A stretch of 64,000 nucleotides of DNA from positions 4,064,001-4,128,000 of the forward strand of contig OZ244587.1 in the NCBI GenBank assembly GCA_965218095.1. The letters are read 5' to 3'. Under the pieces are notes generated by a model. The model saw nothing but the letters and a program-made list of their open reading frames with translations, ran no database searches and was not told where the DNA came from. Shown here piece after piece: positions 40,863 to 50,307 of this stretch; position 1 is the stretch's first letter; every line of letters starts with the position of its first letter. Origin of the DNA: Candidatus Poribacteria bacterium (GTDB lineage Bacteria > Poribacteria > WGA-4E > PCPOR2b). A program made the position numbers and the translations under genes.

Positions 40863-41912
40863 ATGGCATTATTCAAAGCAGGCATCATCGGTTGTGGTGG
40901 ACGCGGACGCGGTCACGCGGAAGGTTATCAGGCATCGCCCGACGTAGAAATTGTCGCTTGCGCCGATCCAGTTGATGAGGTTCGACAGAAGTTCGCGGCG
41001 CAATTTGAAGTCCCAAAAACTTACGCAGACTATAATGAGATGCTGGACAAGGAAAACCTCGACTTTGTCAGCGTCTGCACATGGATTGGCTTGCACAAGG
41101 AGATGGTGGTCGCGGCGGCGAACAGTGGAATCAAGGGCATCCACTGCGAAAAACCGATGGCGCCGACGTGGAGTGATTCCGAAGCACTCTATCAAGCCTG
41201 CGTGGATAACGACGTGATGATTACCTTCTGCCATCAGCGTCGCTTTGGTGCATCATTTATCAAGGCGAAGGAATTGGCGAACGACGGCACAATCGGCCAG
41301 CTTTACCGCGTTGAAGGGGCATGTGCAAATCTACTTGATTGGGGTACGCACTGGTTTGATATGTTCTTCTTCTACAACAACGATGAGCCAGCGGAGTGGG
41401 TCATGGGTCAAATCGATGTGTTCGAAGAGCATTTCGTTTTTGGCGTACCCGTGGAAACCAGCGGCATTTCATGGATTCGCTACAAAAATGGGGTGGAAGG
41501 TTTGCTGACTACCGGCGGCGCGTCGATGCAAGGTGGACATAATCGTCTCATTGGGACGAATGGCATCATCGAACTTGATGGTAAGGATAAGCTGCCGCTG
41601 CGCGTTCTCCGAAGCGGCTCCGATCAGTGGGAGGCGCCCAATCTCAGTGGGATTGTCCCACCCGGTGGGGATACCGTGCTCTCTGTGCTTGACTTGATCG
41701 ATTGCGTCAAAACGGGACGTGAGCCGGAGCTCAGCGGACGGAAGGCGCTTCAAACAACCGAGCTCATCTTCGCAACCTACGAGTCGAGCCGCCGCCGTGC
41801 GAAGATCGCCTTGCCGCTTGATATCGATGACTCTACGTTGCTGACGATGCTGGATCAGGGGATAATTGGGCAGGCAAAAACCCATGAACACACAATCCCA
41901 CGCAATCATTAA
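40863..41912 (+). CDS. Gfo/Idh/MocA family oxidoreductase
   Basis: GIIGCG, HCEKPMA, HQRRF, DWGTHWFD. Confidence 0.92.
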   Translation: MALFKAGIIGCGGRGRGHAEGYQASPDVEIVACADPVDEVRQKFAAQFEVPKTYADYNEMLDKENLDFVSVCTWIGLHKEMVVAAANSGIKGIHCEKPMAPTWSDSEALYQACVDNDVMITFCHQRRFGASFIKAKELANDGTIGQLYRVEGACANLLDWGTHWFDMFFFYNNDEPAEWVMGQIDVFEEHFVFGVPVETSGISWIRYKNGVEGLLTTGGASMQGGHNRLIGTNGIIELDGKDKLPLRVLRSGSDQWEAPNLSGIVPPGGDTVLSVLDLIDCVKTGREPELSGRKALQTTELIFATYESSRRRAKIALPLDIDDSTLLTMLDQGIIGQAKTHEHTIPRNH

Positions 41913-42453
41913 CGCTGCCTTGCTGAGTCGGAAGGCAAAACCGCACCTCCACCGCTATGCGTTTATAGGTGCGGTTTTGCCAGACCTGCCGATGTTCGTC
42001 TTTTTTGCTATCGAGACATTTATCCTCAACCACCTGCAAAGTCAGATTTGGGGAGAACGATATTTCCTGCCGCAATGGCAAAACGTCTTTGACCTCTTTA
42101 ACTCCATTCCGCTTTTTCTCATCCTTTTGGGAATTGGTTACTGGCGCAAGTCCGACGCGGTTATTGTTTGCGGCTTGAGCATGTTGCTACATGCCGCCGG
42201 CGATTTTTTCCTCCACCATGACGATGCCCATCGATACTTCTTCCCGTTCCTGCAGTTTTCCTTTCACAGCCCAATTTCTTACTGGGACCCCAAACATTAC
42301 GGCCGGATCATTTCAATCATCGAAATACTAGTCACGATTGGGGCTTCGGTCTACCTATTTCTCCGCCTGCAATCCCGGCTCATGCAAGTTACTTTAGTCA
42401 TTATCAATCTCATTTCGGTGCTCGTCTATATCGGGTTTGCAATTTTCGCTTGA
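41884..42453 (+). CDS. Membrane-bound metal-dependent hydrolase-like protein
   Basis: T.SH, GAVLPDLP, LLH...D..LHHDDAH..F.P....F.SPISYWD. Confidence 0.7.
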   Translation: MNTQSHAIINAALLSRKAKPHLHRYAFIGAVLPDLPMFVFFAIETFILNHLQSQIWGERYFLPQWQNVFDLFNSIPLFLILLGIGYWRKSDAVIVCGLSMLLHAAGDFFLHHDDAHRYFFPFLQFSFHSPISYWDPKHYGRIISIIEILVTIGASVYLFLRLQSRLMQVTLVIINLISVLVYIGFAIFA

Positions 42454-42550
42454 AGCCAAAGAAGATCGGGAAAAAGGAGAACAAAGAGACAAGGAGTTCA
42501 CGCAATACACGTCACGTTTCACGTTTTACGTTTCACGCATGACGTTCCAG

Positions 42551-42579
42551 TTGACGGAGGCGGAGGGATATGGTATCAT
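42551..42579 (+). promoter_or_regulatory. Promoter of rnpB
   Basis: TTGACG-N17-TATCAT immediately upstream of the RNA. Confidence 0.75.
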
Positions 42580-42583
42580 ACGC

Positions 42584-42966
42584 AGACACTTGAGTTGCGT
42601 AGATGATCGCGTTCCGAGAGATCGGGATGAGGAAAGTCCGGACTCCGCAGGGTAGGATGCTGGGTAACACCCAGGAGCGGTAACGCTATGGAAAGTGCAA
42701 CAGAAAGCAGACTACAACGCGCTTTGCGTTGTACAGGTGAAACGGTGCGGTAAAAGCGCACCAGTCCCGATGGTGACATCGGGAGCTCGGTAAACCCCAT
42801 CTGGAGCAAGGCCAAATAGGAGGACGTATGCAGGTGCGCCCGCCTGGTCCTCGGGTAAGGCTGCTTGAGATTGGTGGTAACATCAATCCTAGATGAATGA
42901 TCATCGCCCCAATGCGCGAAAGCAATTTGGGGAACAGAAACCGGCTTATTCCCAACTCAAGCGTCT
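42584..42966 (+). ncRNA. rnpB: RNase P RNA (bacterial type A)
   Basis: GAGGAAAGTCCGGACTCC, AGTGCAACAGAAAG, GGTGAAACGGTGCGGTAAAAGCGCACC, GGTAAACCCC..CTGGAGCAAG, AGATGAATGAT, AACAGAAACCGGCTTA; P1 pairing AGACACTTGAGTTG/CAACTCAAGCGTCT. Confidence 0.98.
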
Positions 42967-43046
42967 TTTGCGGATTAACAAATGGGCAAATCACGCAATC
43001 TTCAATCTTTGGCTCATTAGACATACCGAAATGACCGAAAAATCCA

Positions 43047-43832
43047 ATGAACATGCTCCCATTTGCCATTAAGACAACAGATCAGGCGACGATGCGCCTG
43101 TGTCGAATTACGCCACCGGAGCAACATCAAGAACTCAATGTTGACGTTCGGTTCCTGCTGCGTTCGTGTGAAATTCGCGACTTGCATGCGCTCAGAGATA
43201 GTACACGCCGAGACCTGACACAGGAAATTCTCAATCAAGTACCAAACGACGCCTACGAGGTGTTCATCAGGTTTTTGCGAGGCGCTGCTGAACCCGATAT
43301 CTTTCTGCCAACGAATCTCTTAAACCGCTATCCACACCGTCAATATTGCCTTCTTTTATCTTCCAGACGTGCACGCGAACTATTTGAGGTTTATAACACA
43401 AATGGTAGACATAGTCGACGCCTTGTCAGCTTTAGCGGATATGATTTCATCGTAGACACAGACGTTCAACTTCTAGACACGGAGGCTTACCTCATCGCGC
43501 CAAACAAGTATACCCTTTTCCTTCGCCAGGTCAATGAGGCGAATGAGATCAAAGTCTACCATAGCGACTTTATTGATCTCGCCAGCAATACACCCCCACC
43601 ACTAGACCTCCACGCCCAAGATGTCATCGATACCGTCCGGAATAACATCGGCGCGGAAATCGAGCGTGAACCACGTTATCGGCAACTGTTCATAGTTCCG
43701 ATGCTCCAGAAGGAGGAGTCGCCGGCGACGGTAACGAAATGCCCGAAATGCAGCGAGCAGGTCCAGCGAATCGGTGGGGAGAGCTACTTCTGTCTTGAGT
43801 GCGCTTGGGATAATTTGCCGGCGTTGAGGTAA
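43047..43832 (+). CDS. Hypothetical protein with a C-terminal Zn-ribbon
   Basis: 261-aa ORF ending CPKC...YFCLECAWD. Confidence 0.65.
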   Translation: MNMLPFAIKTTDQATMRLCRITPPEQHQELNVDVRFLLRSCEIRDLHALRDSTRRDLTQEILNQVPNDAYEVFIRFLRGAAEPDIFLPTNLLNRYPHRQYCLLLSSRRARELFEVYNTNGRHSRRLVSFSGYDFIVDTDVQLLDTEAYLIAPNKYTLFLRQVNEANEIKVYHSDFIDLASNTPPPLDLHAQDVIDTVRNNIGAEIEREPRYRQLFIVPMLQKEESPATVTKCPKCSEQVQRIGGESYFCLECAWDNLPALR

Positions 43833-43836
43833 GCGC

Positions 43837-44120
43837 CTACGGGTCAGGTAAATCCTGTACACAACGGAATCCAGAATTCGGCGGGTTAGGTTTAGGGCGC
43901 TGCCAATTTCGATTCCCAACACGAATTTGGCGGCGGTTGTTGTTCCAAGCCCCACTGCGTAACACGCGAGCGCCACCTGTCTCTCTGCCAATCAGGTTTA
44001 CTCTGGAACTAATCCAGTAGAAATCTTTCTCATACCAATCGAGGCACCATTCCCACACGCTGCCTGCACAGTCGTACAGACCATATCCATTTGGTGGAAA
44101 GCTGCCCACAGGCAGCGGAG
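43837..44120 (-). pseudogene. C-terminal fragment of a formylglycine-generating-enzyme (FGE/SUMF1) domain gene, truncated at a repeat
   Basis: PVGSFPPNGYGLYDCAGSVWEWCLDWY...RVLRSGAW...R...R...GFRC. The sequence upstream of 44120 is a MITE copy. Confidence 0.85.
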
Positions 44121-44223
44121 CCAAGTTGCTGGGAATTGGCAATGATGAGCGGATCCGGGTCCCCAGATCCAAGTTCCTAAAGGCTCGTAGGTAGCAACTC
44201 GAATAACCTCAAGTTGCCACCTA
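44121..44223. repeat. Degenerate reverse copy of the 30249-30421 element plus an abutted terminal repeat
   Basis: TCC.....CC.AGATCC.AGTTC.T.AAGG.TCGTAGGTAGCAACT matches the reverse complement of 30263-30309; it is followed by AGTTGCCACCTA (44212-44223). Confidence 0.7.
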
Positions 44224-44425
44224 TTCCCATTTCGGTCCAATCTCATCGAACGGTTATCAATCTGCCTTCTGCTCATTTTGCGGATTGCTGATTATAAATT
44301 GTACTTTTTTATTGCTTCATCGTCAACATTTTGCTATACTAACGTTTAGTATGCTCCTCCAAATTCATTCAGATTCTCAGCCATATAGTAGCCAACAACT
44401 CTATTTTAGAAAGGGTGAACCGTCT

Positions 44426-44971
44426 GTGACTTTAGCAGAGGTATTCGATTCATGTCAAGAGATTGAACTGAGGCACGCGAAACTATACGCAGCGCTATCT
44501 CTCCGATTGGGGCATGTTGATGAACGAGTCGCTCGGTTTTGGGAGCAGATGAGCACAGAGGAATGGCAGCACTACATCCTTGTCGATTTTGGGCGGTCGC
44601 TGTGCGCCCGGAGTTTTGGGTTAGATACGCCAGCCATGGAAATGCCTGAGGTATCAATTCAGCAGATTATCCATGCCCTGGACGAGTATGAACAGCAAGT
44701 TGATACAGAACAGATTACCCTCAAAGAAGCATTTGGGATTGCTATCGCGATCGAAGGGAGCGAGGCGGATACAATCTATATGTACCTACTTTCGATCATC
44801 AGAAAAGCGATTTATCGTAGTGAAGAAACCTATTTACTGGATCGTATCTCCCAGATCGAAAAGGACATGCACGCTCATATTGATCACTTGATTGATGCGA
44901 CGAGAAAGTTTGCTAAGGATCCAGATCTCGTCCGGAAGGCGCACAGTTTAAAAGAGCACCATGCACACTAA
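44426..44971 (+). CDS. Ferritin-like/rubrerythrin-fold protein
   Basis: EIE....LY, F..M..EE..H, AIAIE.SE, H..HL diiron-type pattern; GTG start after AAAGGGTG. Confidence 0.75.
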   Translation: MTLAEVFDSCQEIELRHAKLYAALSLRLGHVDERVARFWEQMSTEEWQHYILVDFGRSLCARSFGLDTPAMEMPEVSIQQIIHALDEYEQQVDTEQITLKEAFGIAIAIEGSEADTIYMYLLSIIRKAIYRSEETYLLDRISQIEKDMHAHIDHLIDATRKFAKDPDLVRKAHSLKEHHAH

Positions 44972-45405
44972 TTGAGGAAGTCTCAGGGATTCTCAGATCG
45001 AGTTTTCCAAAATAATCAGCAAATTTTCACTTGACGGTAGCACCACATTAAAGTGTGGTGGCCGTCATCCAACCCAAAAGCGAGGATCAATTCACCTTTG
45101 TCGGACAAGTGTCGGACACACAAATGCTGTGATGACAAGGTCTCACCAAGTTCATGTCTGACAGTAGACTGAATCGAATGCCCGCGATGAAGGCGGATGC
45201 CACAACTCCACACTTAAGTGCAGAGCTACCCACTTGACCAGTCAAGGCTTTGTTGAACACGAGGCGTGGTTCATCGAGTTGCTCAGTAAGGAACGTGATG
45301 GAGAGGTCCGACCGTCTGGTCATTTCCGCCGCGGTGCGCCGGGTGAGGCCCCGTACAGTAAGAACGCAGGCTTCTACAACCCATAGGCGACTTGGAAGGG
45401 ACACA

Positions 45406-45759
45406 GTGTGTCTTTACACAGTTGAACTGATTTTGCCCGAAGGCAACAAGCATTCCTTAAAGGTTTGTGCAGACGAGCACATTCTTGAGGTTGCCTACCG
45501 CGAAAACATAGATTTACCTTCTACGTGTCTCATGAGCTGGTGTACCACCTGCGCAGGGCGACTGGTTGGCGAGGAGTGGGTCGACCAATCAGCTTCACGG
45601 CGATACTTCCCTGAAGACGCTGAAGCAGGTTTTGTACTCCTTTGCACCGCAGAGCCTCGCTCGGATCTGTATATTCGCACGCATCAGCGAGAAGCTCTCC
45701 GCGACCACCGAATGGCATGTGGCTTGCCGACACCACGCGGGGGAACTTACTCCCACTAA
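45406..45759 (+). CDS. Plant-type [2Fe-2S] ferredoxin
   Basis: ILEVA....IDLPSTCLMSWCTTCAGRL...VDQS......D..AGFVLLCTA.PRSD; GTG start after GGAAGGGA. The 52-codon upstream extension in the ORF track is probably not coding. Confidence 0.85.
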   Translation: MCLYTVELILPEGNKHSLKVCADEHILEVAYRENIDLPSTCLMSWCTTCAGRLVGEEWVDQSASRRYFPEDAEAGFVLLCTAEPRSDLYIRTHQREALRDHRMACGLPTPRGGTYSH

Positions 45760-45928
45760 ATATCTGTTTCATACAATCTATCACAGGCTCGCTCTGTTCA
45801 TTACAGAGTTGAGCCTGTTTTTTTTTCTAACACCCGGCGATGCAAAACGCAATGACGCAGGTTCAGCAGCACATCGAAAAACACCGAAAGGGCAATGCAG
45901 TCCTCCACCTGAAAGGGGCAGATGGTTT

Positions 45929-46954
45929 TTACTTTGCCTTAACCTCGGTCCAAATCCGATCATAGTTGGGGGTGAAATCGCCGAGGTCTATCAGCGATTC
46001 AAATTTGCGTAAGACCTCTTCGGGCGGATAGATTCCTGGGTGATCGCGGAGATTTTCGGAGACGTAATTTCGCGCTTCTGCAACGCATGTCCCATATTTC
46101 GTAAATTCTGTTATTTTCGCGTTAATCTCCGGACGAAGGAGGTAATTAATAAATTGTTCTGCAATCGCTTTGTGGGGAGCAGATTTTGGAATGCAAATTG
46201 TGTCAATGAACTGCGTTGTCCCCTCTTTGGGAATCACATATTTGATGCTGGGTCGGACGGCGGCGGCGCGGAAAGCGTCCCCGCTCCAACAGTGCGCCAT
46301 CACCACATCGCCGGAGCTCAACACCTCATCCGCCTCGCTCTTGTACTGTTTGACCAGCGGTTTGTGCTCAATCAGCTTCTTTTTTGCCACCGTTAATTCT
46401 TCAGGATTTGTCGTGTTGACGGAGTAACCAAGAAGTTTCAGCGCAACGCCGATTGTTTCGCGTTGGTCATCGAGCATACTGAATTTCCGGCCATACTTTT
46501 CATCCCATAAAATTGACCAGCTTTCGGGCGGCGGATTTACCACAGACGAATCGTAGCCGATGCCGGCCGTTCCCCATGTGTAAGGCACGGCATAGCGATT
46601 TTCCGGATCGAAATACTTGCTCTGAAACTGTGGACTGATGTTTTTAAGATTCGGAATGTCGCGCCGATTTAGCTCCGCTAAAAGATTCTCTTTAATCATA
46701 ATTGCAACCATATAGTCGGAGGGCATAATAATATCGTAGCCAGACGCCCCAGATTGCAGTTTGGTTAGTAGGTCCTCATTGCTTGCAAACGTGTCCACGA
46801 CCACACGGACGCCGAATTCCTTCGCGAAGCCTGATTTAATCTCATCGCTGACGTAATTCGCCCATGCAAAGACGTTGAGTTGCTTTTCCTTCTTTTGACC
46901 GCACCCGATCGCGAGCGTGGTCAGAAGTATACCGAGCATTAACTTTTTTAACAT
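45929..46954 (-). CDS. Spermidine/putrescine ABC transporter substrate-binding lipoprotein (PotD/PotF family)
   Basis: Lipobox LAIGC; WANY, F.SNE.L..KL, YDIIMPSDYM, VPYTWGTAGIGY, WSGD, PKEG, FINYLLRPE. Confidence 0.92.
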   Translation of the reverse strand: MLKKLMLGILLTTLAIGCGQKKEKQLNVFAWANYVSDEIKSGFAKEFGVRVVVDTFASNEDLLTKLQSGASGYDIIMPSDYMVAIMIKENLLAELNRRDIPNLKNISPQFQSKYFDPENRYAVPYTWGTAGIGYDSSVVNPPPESWSILWDEKYGRKFSMLDDQRETIGVALKLLGYSVNTTNPEELTVAKKKLIEHKPLVKQYKSEADEVLSSGDVVMAHCWSGDAFRAAAVRPSIKYVIPKEGTTQFIDTICIPKSAPHKAIAEQFINYLLRPEINAKITEFTKYGTCVAEARNYVSENLRDHPGIYPPEEVLRKFESLIDLGDFTPNYDRIWTEVKAK

Positions 46955-46993
46955 CTGTTTTCCTTTCCATTTCCTGTGACTGAAAGATAAAGA

Positions 46994-47022
46994 TTGACAC
47001 AATATTTCATTTATGCTATGAT
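46994..47022 (+). promoter_or_regulatory. Sigma70 promoter (extended -10) upstream of the response-regulator pseudogene
   Basis: TTGACA-N17-TATGAT with TG one base upstream of the -10 box. Confidence 0.65.
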
Positions 47023-47071
47023 AAAAGCTCCCTTTCCTAAACAGAATCTTGAAATAACATCGGGGAGTGAA

Positions 47072-47460
47072 ATGGAACCACTAAATGTCCTTGTTGTCGA
47101 TGATGAGTTCTTTATCTGTGAGGTTCTTGCAGAGATTTTACAACTCAAAGGTTATAAAACCACGACAACCACTGACACCCATGAAGCCTTAGAACTGTTT
47201 GAAAAAGAGAGGAATATAATCTTGTATTCACTGATTACCGGATGCCGCATCTCAGTGGGGTTGAACTAGCGCACCGCATGAAAGCGCTCAAACCGACAGT
47301 TCCAATTTGCTCTTAATTTCAGGTACGTTTGATGAAATTTCGCCGGAGAATCTGGCAATTTTCGCGACTGTCGTCAGGAAACCGTTTGTCAGTGAAAACC
47401 AATGCGATTGAGCGTGCATTGAAATCATCATCAACTTCTGTCTATGATGCGACGACATAA
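47072..47460 (+). pseudogene. Frameshifted single-domain response regulator
   Basis: MEPLNVLVVDDEFFICEVL...EALELF, then in shifted frames YNLVFTDYRMPHLSGVELA..MK...PTVPI and LISG...VVRKPF. Confidence 0.85.
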
Positions 47461-47474
47461 GGGGAGATGTTCTA

Positions 47475-47867
47475 TCAGGTATCCCTCTCTCTGCTTTTTT
47501 CAGTCGGCAAACCTGACGCTTTCCAGCCTCGGAATCCTCCAGTCAATACAGAAGCGTCTTCGTATCCCATAACCCTCAATGTATGTGCAGACAATGAACC
47601 ACGAGTGGCGCCACCGCAATAAGTGACGACTTTCGCGTCCTGATTTGGAACAAGCTCATCAATTTCCAACTCAATGGCTGCGCGGGGAAGCGAAATTGCG
47701 CCGGGAAGGTGTTCGGTTTCGTACAATTCTTTATCACGAACGTCTAAGATCAGGACGGATTCATTGTTTTCGATAGCTGCTTTCAGTTCTTCTGCAGAGG
47801 TATGTCCAATATTTGCTCGGGCTTCGGCGACGAGTTGTTCTAAAGTTTTTCCACGCATAATTTTCAT
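47475..47867 (-). CDS. Rhodanese-like sulfurtransferase domain protein
   Basis: ILDVR...Y...HLPGA, YCGGATRG, L.GGF.GW...GLP. Confidence 0.9.
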   Translation of the reverse strand: MKIMRGKTLEQLVAEARANIGHTSAEELKAAIENNESVLILDVRDKELYETEHLPGAISLPRAAIELEIDELVPNQDAKVVTYCGGATRGSLSAHTLRVMGYEDASVLTGGFRGWKASGLPTEKSRERDT

Positions 47868-48093
47868 CTCCTTTTATTTGGAAGATCGTCCAGAAGAGCG
47901 CCTGAATTTCGGGAGAGTCCTTGAATCTTGCTATGAAATGACGGAATTTTAGCACAATTTCCAAATGTCGTCAAGTGTTGTTGCAGATCGCGTGACACTA
48001 TAATTTTTGTGTATCGTTTATCAGGTGTGCAAAGAAGACTTCTGTGCGCCAGATTTCGCTGCGTGAACCACCATCCAATAGGAGACACACTTT

Positions 48094-48549
48094 ATGATGC
48101 AATCACTTCAACAGTCAGTTCAATCGGTTATCGATGAAGGGCGAATTGGCAGCCCTGTATTTTTGCGCTGCATGGCACACGCGCCAATCGAAGCTGCAAA
48201 CGTGGTCAGTAGCATTGCTGCCCTGGTCGCACTTGCAAATACCTGGATGCCTTCCCCGCCAGAACAGATCTATGCCCTGGACAACGCAGATGCAGTACAA
48301 ATCACTGCAATGGTTTACTACGCCGGGGGACAAACGGCTATTCTTAGCGTCAATCGCATTCCAGACAACCAGGAGACATTCGTCGACCTGAGGTTGGTCG
48401 GAAACAAGGGGGTTATCTACCACGAGACGCCTGTTGGGCAGCATCGCCTGATGAGTTCACCAATCGCATTCAGCGGTGGGGAGAAGCTGATCGATTCGAT
48501 TCGTCAGGGGTTGGAAACCCAAAAGCCAGTCAAAATGATGGAGAGTTAA
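48094..48549 (+). CDS. Hypothetical protein resembling an isolated Gfo/Idh/MocA C-terminal domain
   Basis: V..VI.EGRIG.PVFLR ... L.G.KG; RBS AGGAGA; 1 bp from the next oxidoreductase gene. Confidence 0.6.
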   Translation: MMQSLQQSVQSVIDEGRIGSPVFLRCMAHAPIEAANVVSSIAALVALANTWMPSPPEQIYALDNADAVQITAMVYYAGGQTAILSVNRIPDNQETFVDLRLVGNKGVIYHETPVGQHRLMSSPIAFSGGEKLIDSIRQGLETQKPVKMMES

Positions 48550-48550
48550 A

Positions 48551-49699
48551 ATGGACGAGGGTAAGTATGGCGTATTGTTGCTCGGTGGGCGGCGAACCCA
48601 TCAGGAAGGCTATGGCCCCTGCTTCGCTGCGGATGCACGTTGTCGGCTCATTGCAGTTTCTGATGAACGTGACGCTCTGCCTGAATACGTTGAGTTGAAT
48701 CGACAGCTCGCCGAAGACTTGCAGATTCCTTACATTCCAGACCTAGACGAGGCGTTGGCACATGATGATGTCCATATCGTCAGCTTGTGCGTCCAGAATG
48801 AGCGACGTGGGCGCGTCGGCGTGCGGTGCGCTGAAGCGGGAAAACACCTCTATCTAGATAAACCGCTAACAATGAGTGTTGAGGACGCGCAAGCAATTGT
48901 GGGCGCGGCTCAGAAAGCCGGCGTTTGCAACCAGATGTTCAGCAACATACACACCCCCTGGGCGCAAGCTGCTAAGAAAGCATTAGACAGTGGTGAGATC
49001 GGCGAGCTCCGTGCCCTCCACTGTGATGTCCTGTTTGCTAAGGGTCACGCTGGCACCGCCCCAGTTGGTCGTAAAAGGGTAGAAAAGCCAATGGTTGAGA
49101 AGTATACCTTCGTCGAGGCGAAACGGGAGATGTTCGATATTGGCGTCTACCCCGTGTCAATGGTGAATTGGCTCACGCAGAAACGGGTCAAAACGGTTTT
49201 TGGTACGACTGCCAACTACTTCTTCAAAGAGCATATCGCATGCGGTATCGAGGACTTCGGTGCGTTGATGATGACGCTGGAGGATGGTATTATCGCAACG
49301 ATTGTGGGGGGACGAACGGGGTGGCTGAGTCACCCCAAAGGTGGAGTTCAACGGCTTCACCTTGTCGGGACTCGTGGCGCGCTGATATTTGATGGCTCGC
49401 AGCCTCGCCTCGAAGTTTTTGCTGACGAAGTGCCTTTCCAACCACCGCCGCCGCACCCACTAGATCCGATGGGAATGTGGACGAGTACTCAAGCCGAAGC
49501 GGATATTCCTCCCAAGCGTCTGTGGGTCTCCGTGGGTGAGGGAAGCGAACACCAGTCGCCAGATATCAAAGCGTTTGTGGATTGTATCGAAGCGGGGCGA
49601 GAGACCGAAATGAACACGGCGTTTGCCGCTCAATCGGTCGCCGTGATCCGTGCGGGATACGAATCCGCAGCAAGCGAGAAAGTTATCGATATTCAATAA
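48551..49699 (+). CDS. Gfo/Idh/MocA family oxidoreductase
   Basis: AGKHLYLDKP, GEIGEL, D.G.Y, IED.G, AGYESA. Confidence 0.85.
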   Translation: MDEGKYGVLLLGGRRTHQEGYGPCFAADARCRLIAVSDERDALPEYVELNRQLAEDLQIPYIPDLDEALAHDDVHIVSLCVQNERRGRVGVRCAEAGKHLYLDKPLTMSVEDAQAIVGAAQKAGVCNQMFSNIHTPWAQAAKKALDSGEIGELRALHCDVLFAKGHAGTAPVGRKRVEKPMVEKYTFVEAKREMFDIGVYPVSMVNWLTQKRVKTVFGTTANYFFKEHIACGIEDFGALMMTLEDGIIATIVGGRTGWLSHPKGGVQRLHLVGTRGALIFDGSQPRLEVFADEVPFQPPPPHPLDPMGMWTSTQAEADIPPKRLWVSVGEGSEHQSPDIKAFVDCIEAGRETEMNTAFAAQSVAVIRAGYESAASEKVIDIQ

Positions 49700-49819
49700 C
49701 TCGGAAATTTAGGAATTGGGTAGTTATACTTCACGCCGCCAGAAATTGCGCTTTTTCGAAGGTCTGGAAATGGGGCGTGAGTAAAGCCAATTCGGATTTG
49801 TAGATTGCCTACAGTACGG

Positions 49820-50144
49820 AATTGGTCATACCTTTGTCCTCGGGCCTCCGGGGCAAAGTGCGAAGGACATGATAGAATATGCCGGGCGAACCTTAACCCA
49901 CATTCTCGTTTCCGACACGCACAAAGTGGATAGCCTCATAGCACCGCCTGAAGTTAAGGTGCATGAGCACCTCGTTTCCGGCAGTGGAGACATTGACTTC
50001 ACGGCGATTTTTCGGGCGCTGAAGGGTATCGGATATAAGGGATTTCTGAGCGTACACATCATTTCTGAAGTAGACCGAATTGTCGATGCGACGGAAAAAA
50101 CGAAGCGGCGCTTGGAGAAACTTCTGAATATTCCTGAACTTTAA
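49820..50144 (+). pseudogene. C-terminal fragment of a sugar-phosphate isomerase/epimerase TIM-barrel gene
   Basis: LTHILVSDT...HEHL..GSGDIDF..IF.AL..IGYKGFLSV; no N-terminal half. Confidence 0.75.
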
Positions 50145-50150
50145 TTCCAA

Positions 50151-50279
50151 TAGGACTTACGCAGTTGATTCTACGGACTCAAGTTATGTCTGCATCGTGT
50201 ATTTTGCATTTTGTTCTGGATTCAGGATTCAAGATGCAGGCACAACGTAGTTTGTTCAATTTGAAGTGCGTAACTCCTA
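50151..50279. mobile_element. MITE with GGACTTACGCA terminal inverted repeats, copy 1
   Basis: TAGGACTTACGCAGTTGA ... TGAAGTGCGTAACTCCTA. Confidence 0.8.
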
Positions 50280-50307
50280 TCCAATTGATATAAGGAGGTT
50301 CATCACG

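Noticed and set aside
42686-43069. Minus-strand ORFs over 42576-43069
   Set aside because: They are antisense to the RNase P RNA.
45333-45400. Group II intron 5' end (GTGCGCC)
   Set aside because: Only ~70 bp precede the ferredoxin gene; no domain V/VI or reverse transcriptase seen in the window.
45250-45405. N-terminal 52-aa extension of the ferredoxin
   Set aside because: Arg/Ser-rich, non-protein-like sequence; a good RBS precedes the GTG at 45406.
47475-47867. Rhodanese as the sulfur donor for the phosphorothioation system
   Set aside because: It is 13 kb away and outside the island; known PT systems use a cysteine desulfurase, and nothing in the sequence links the two.
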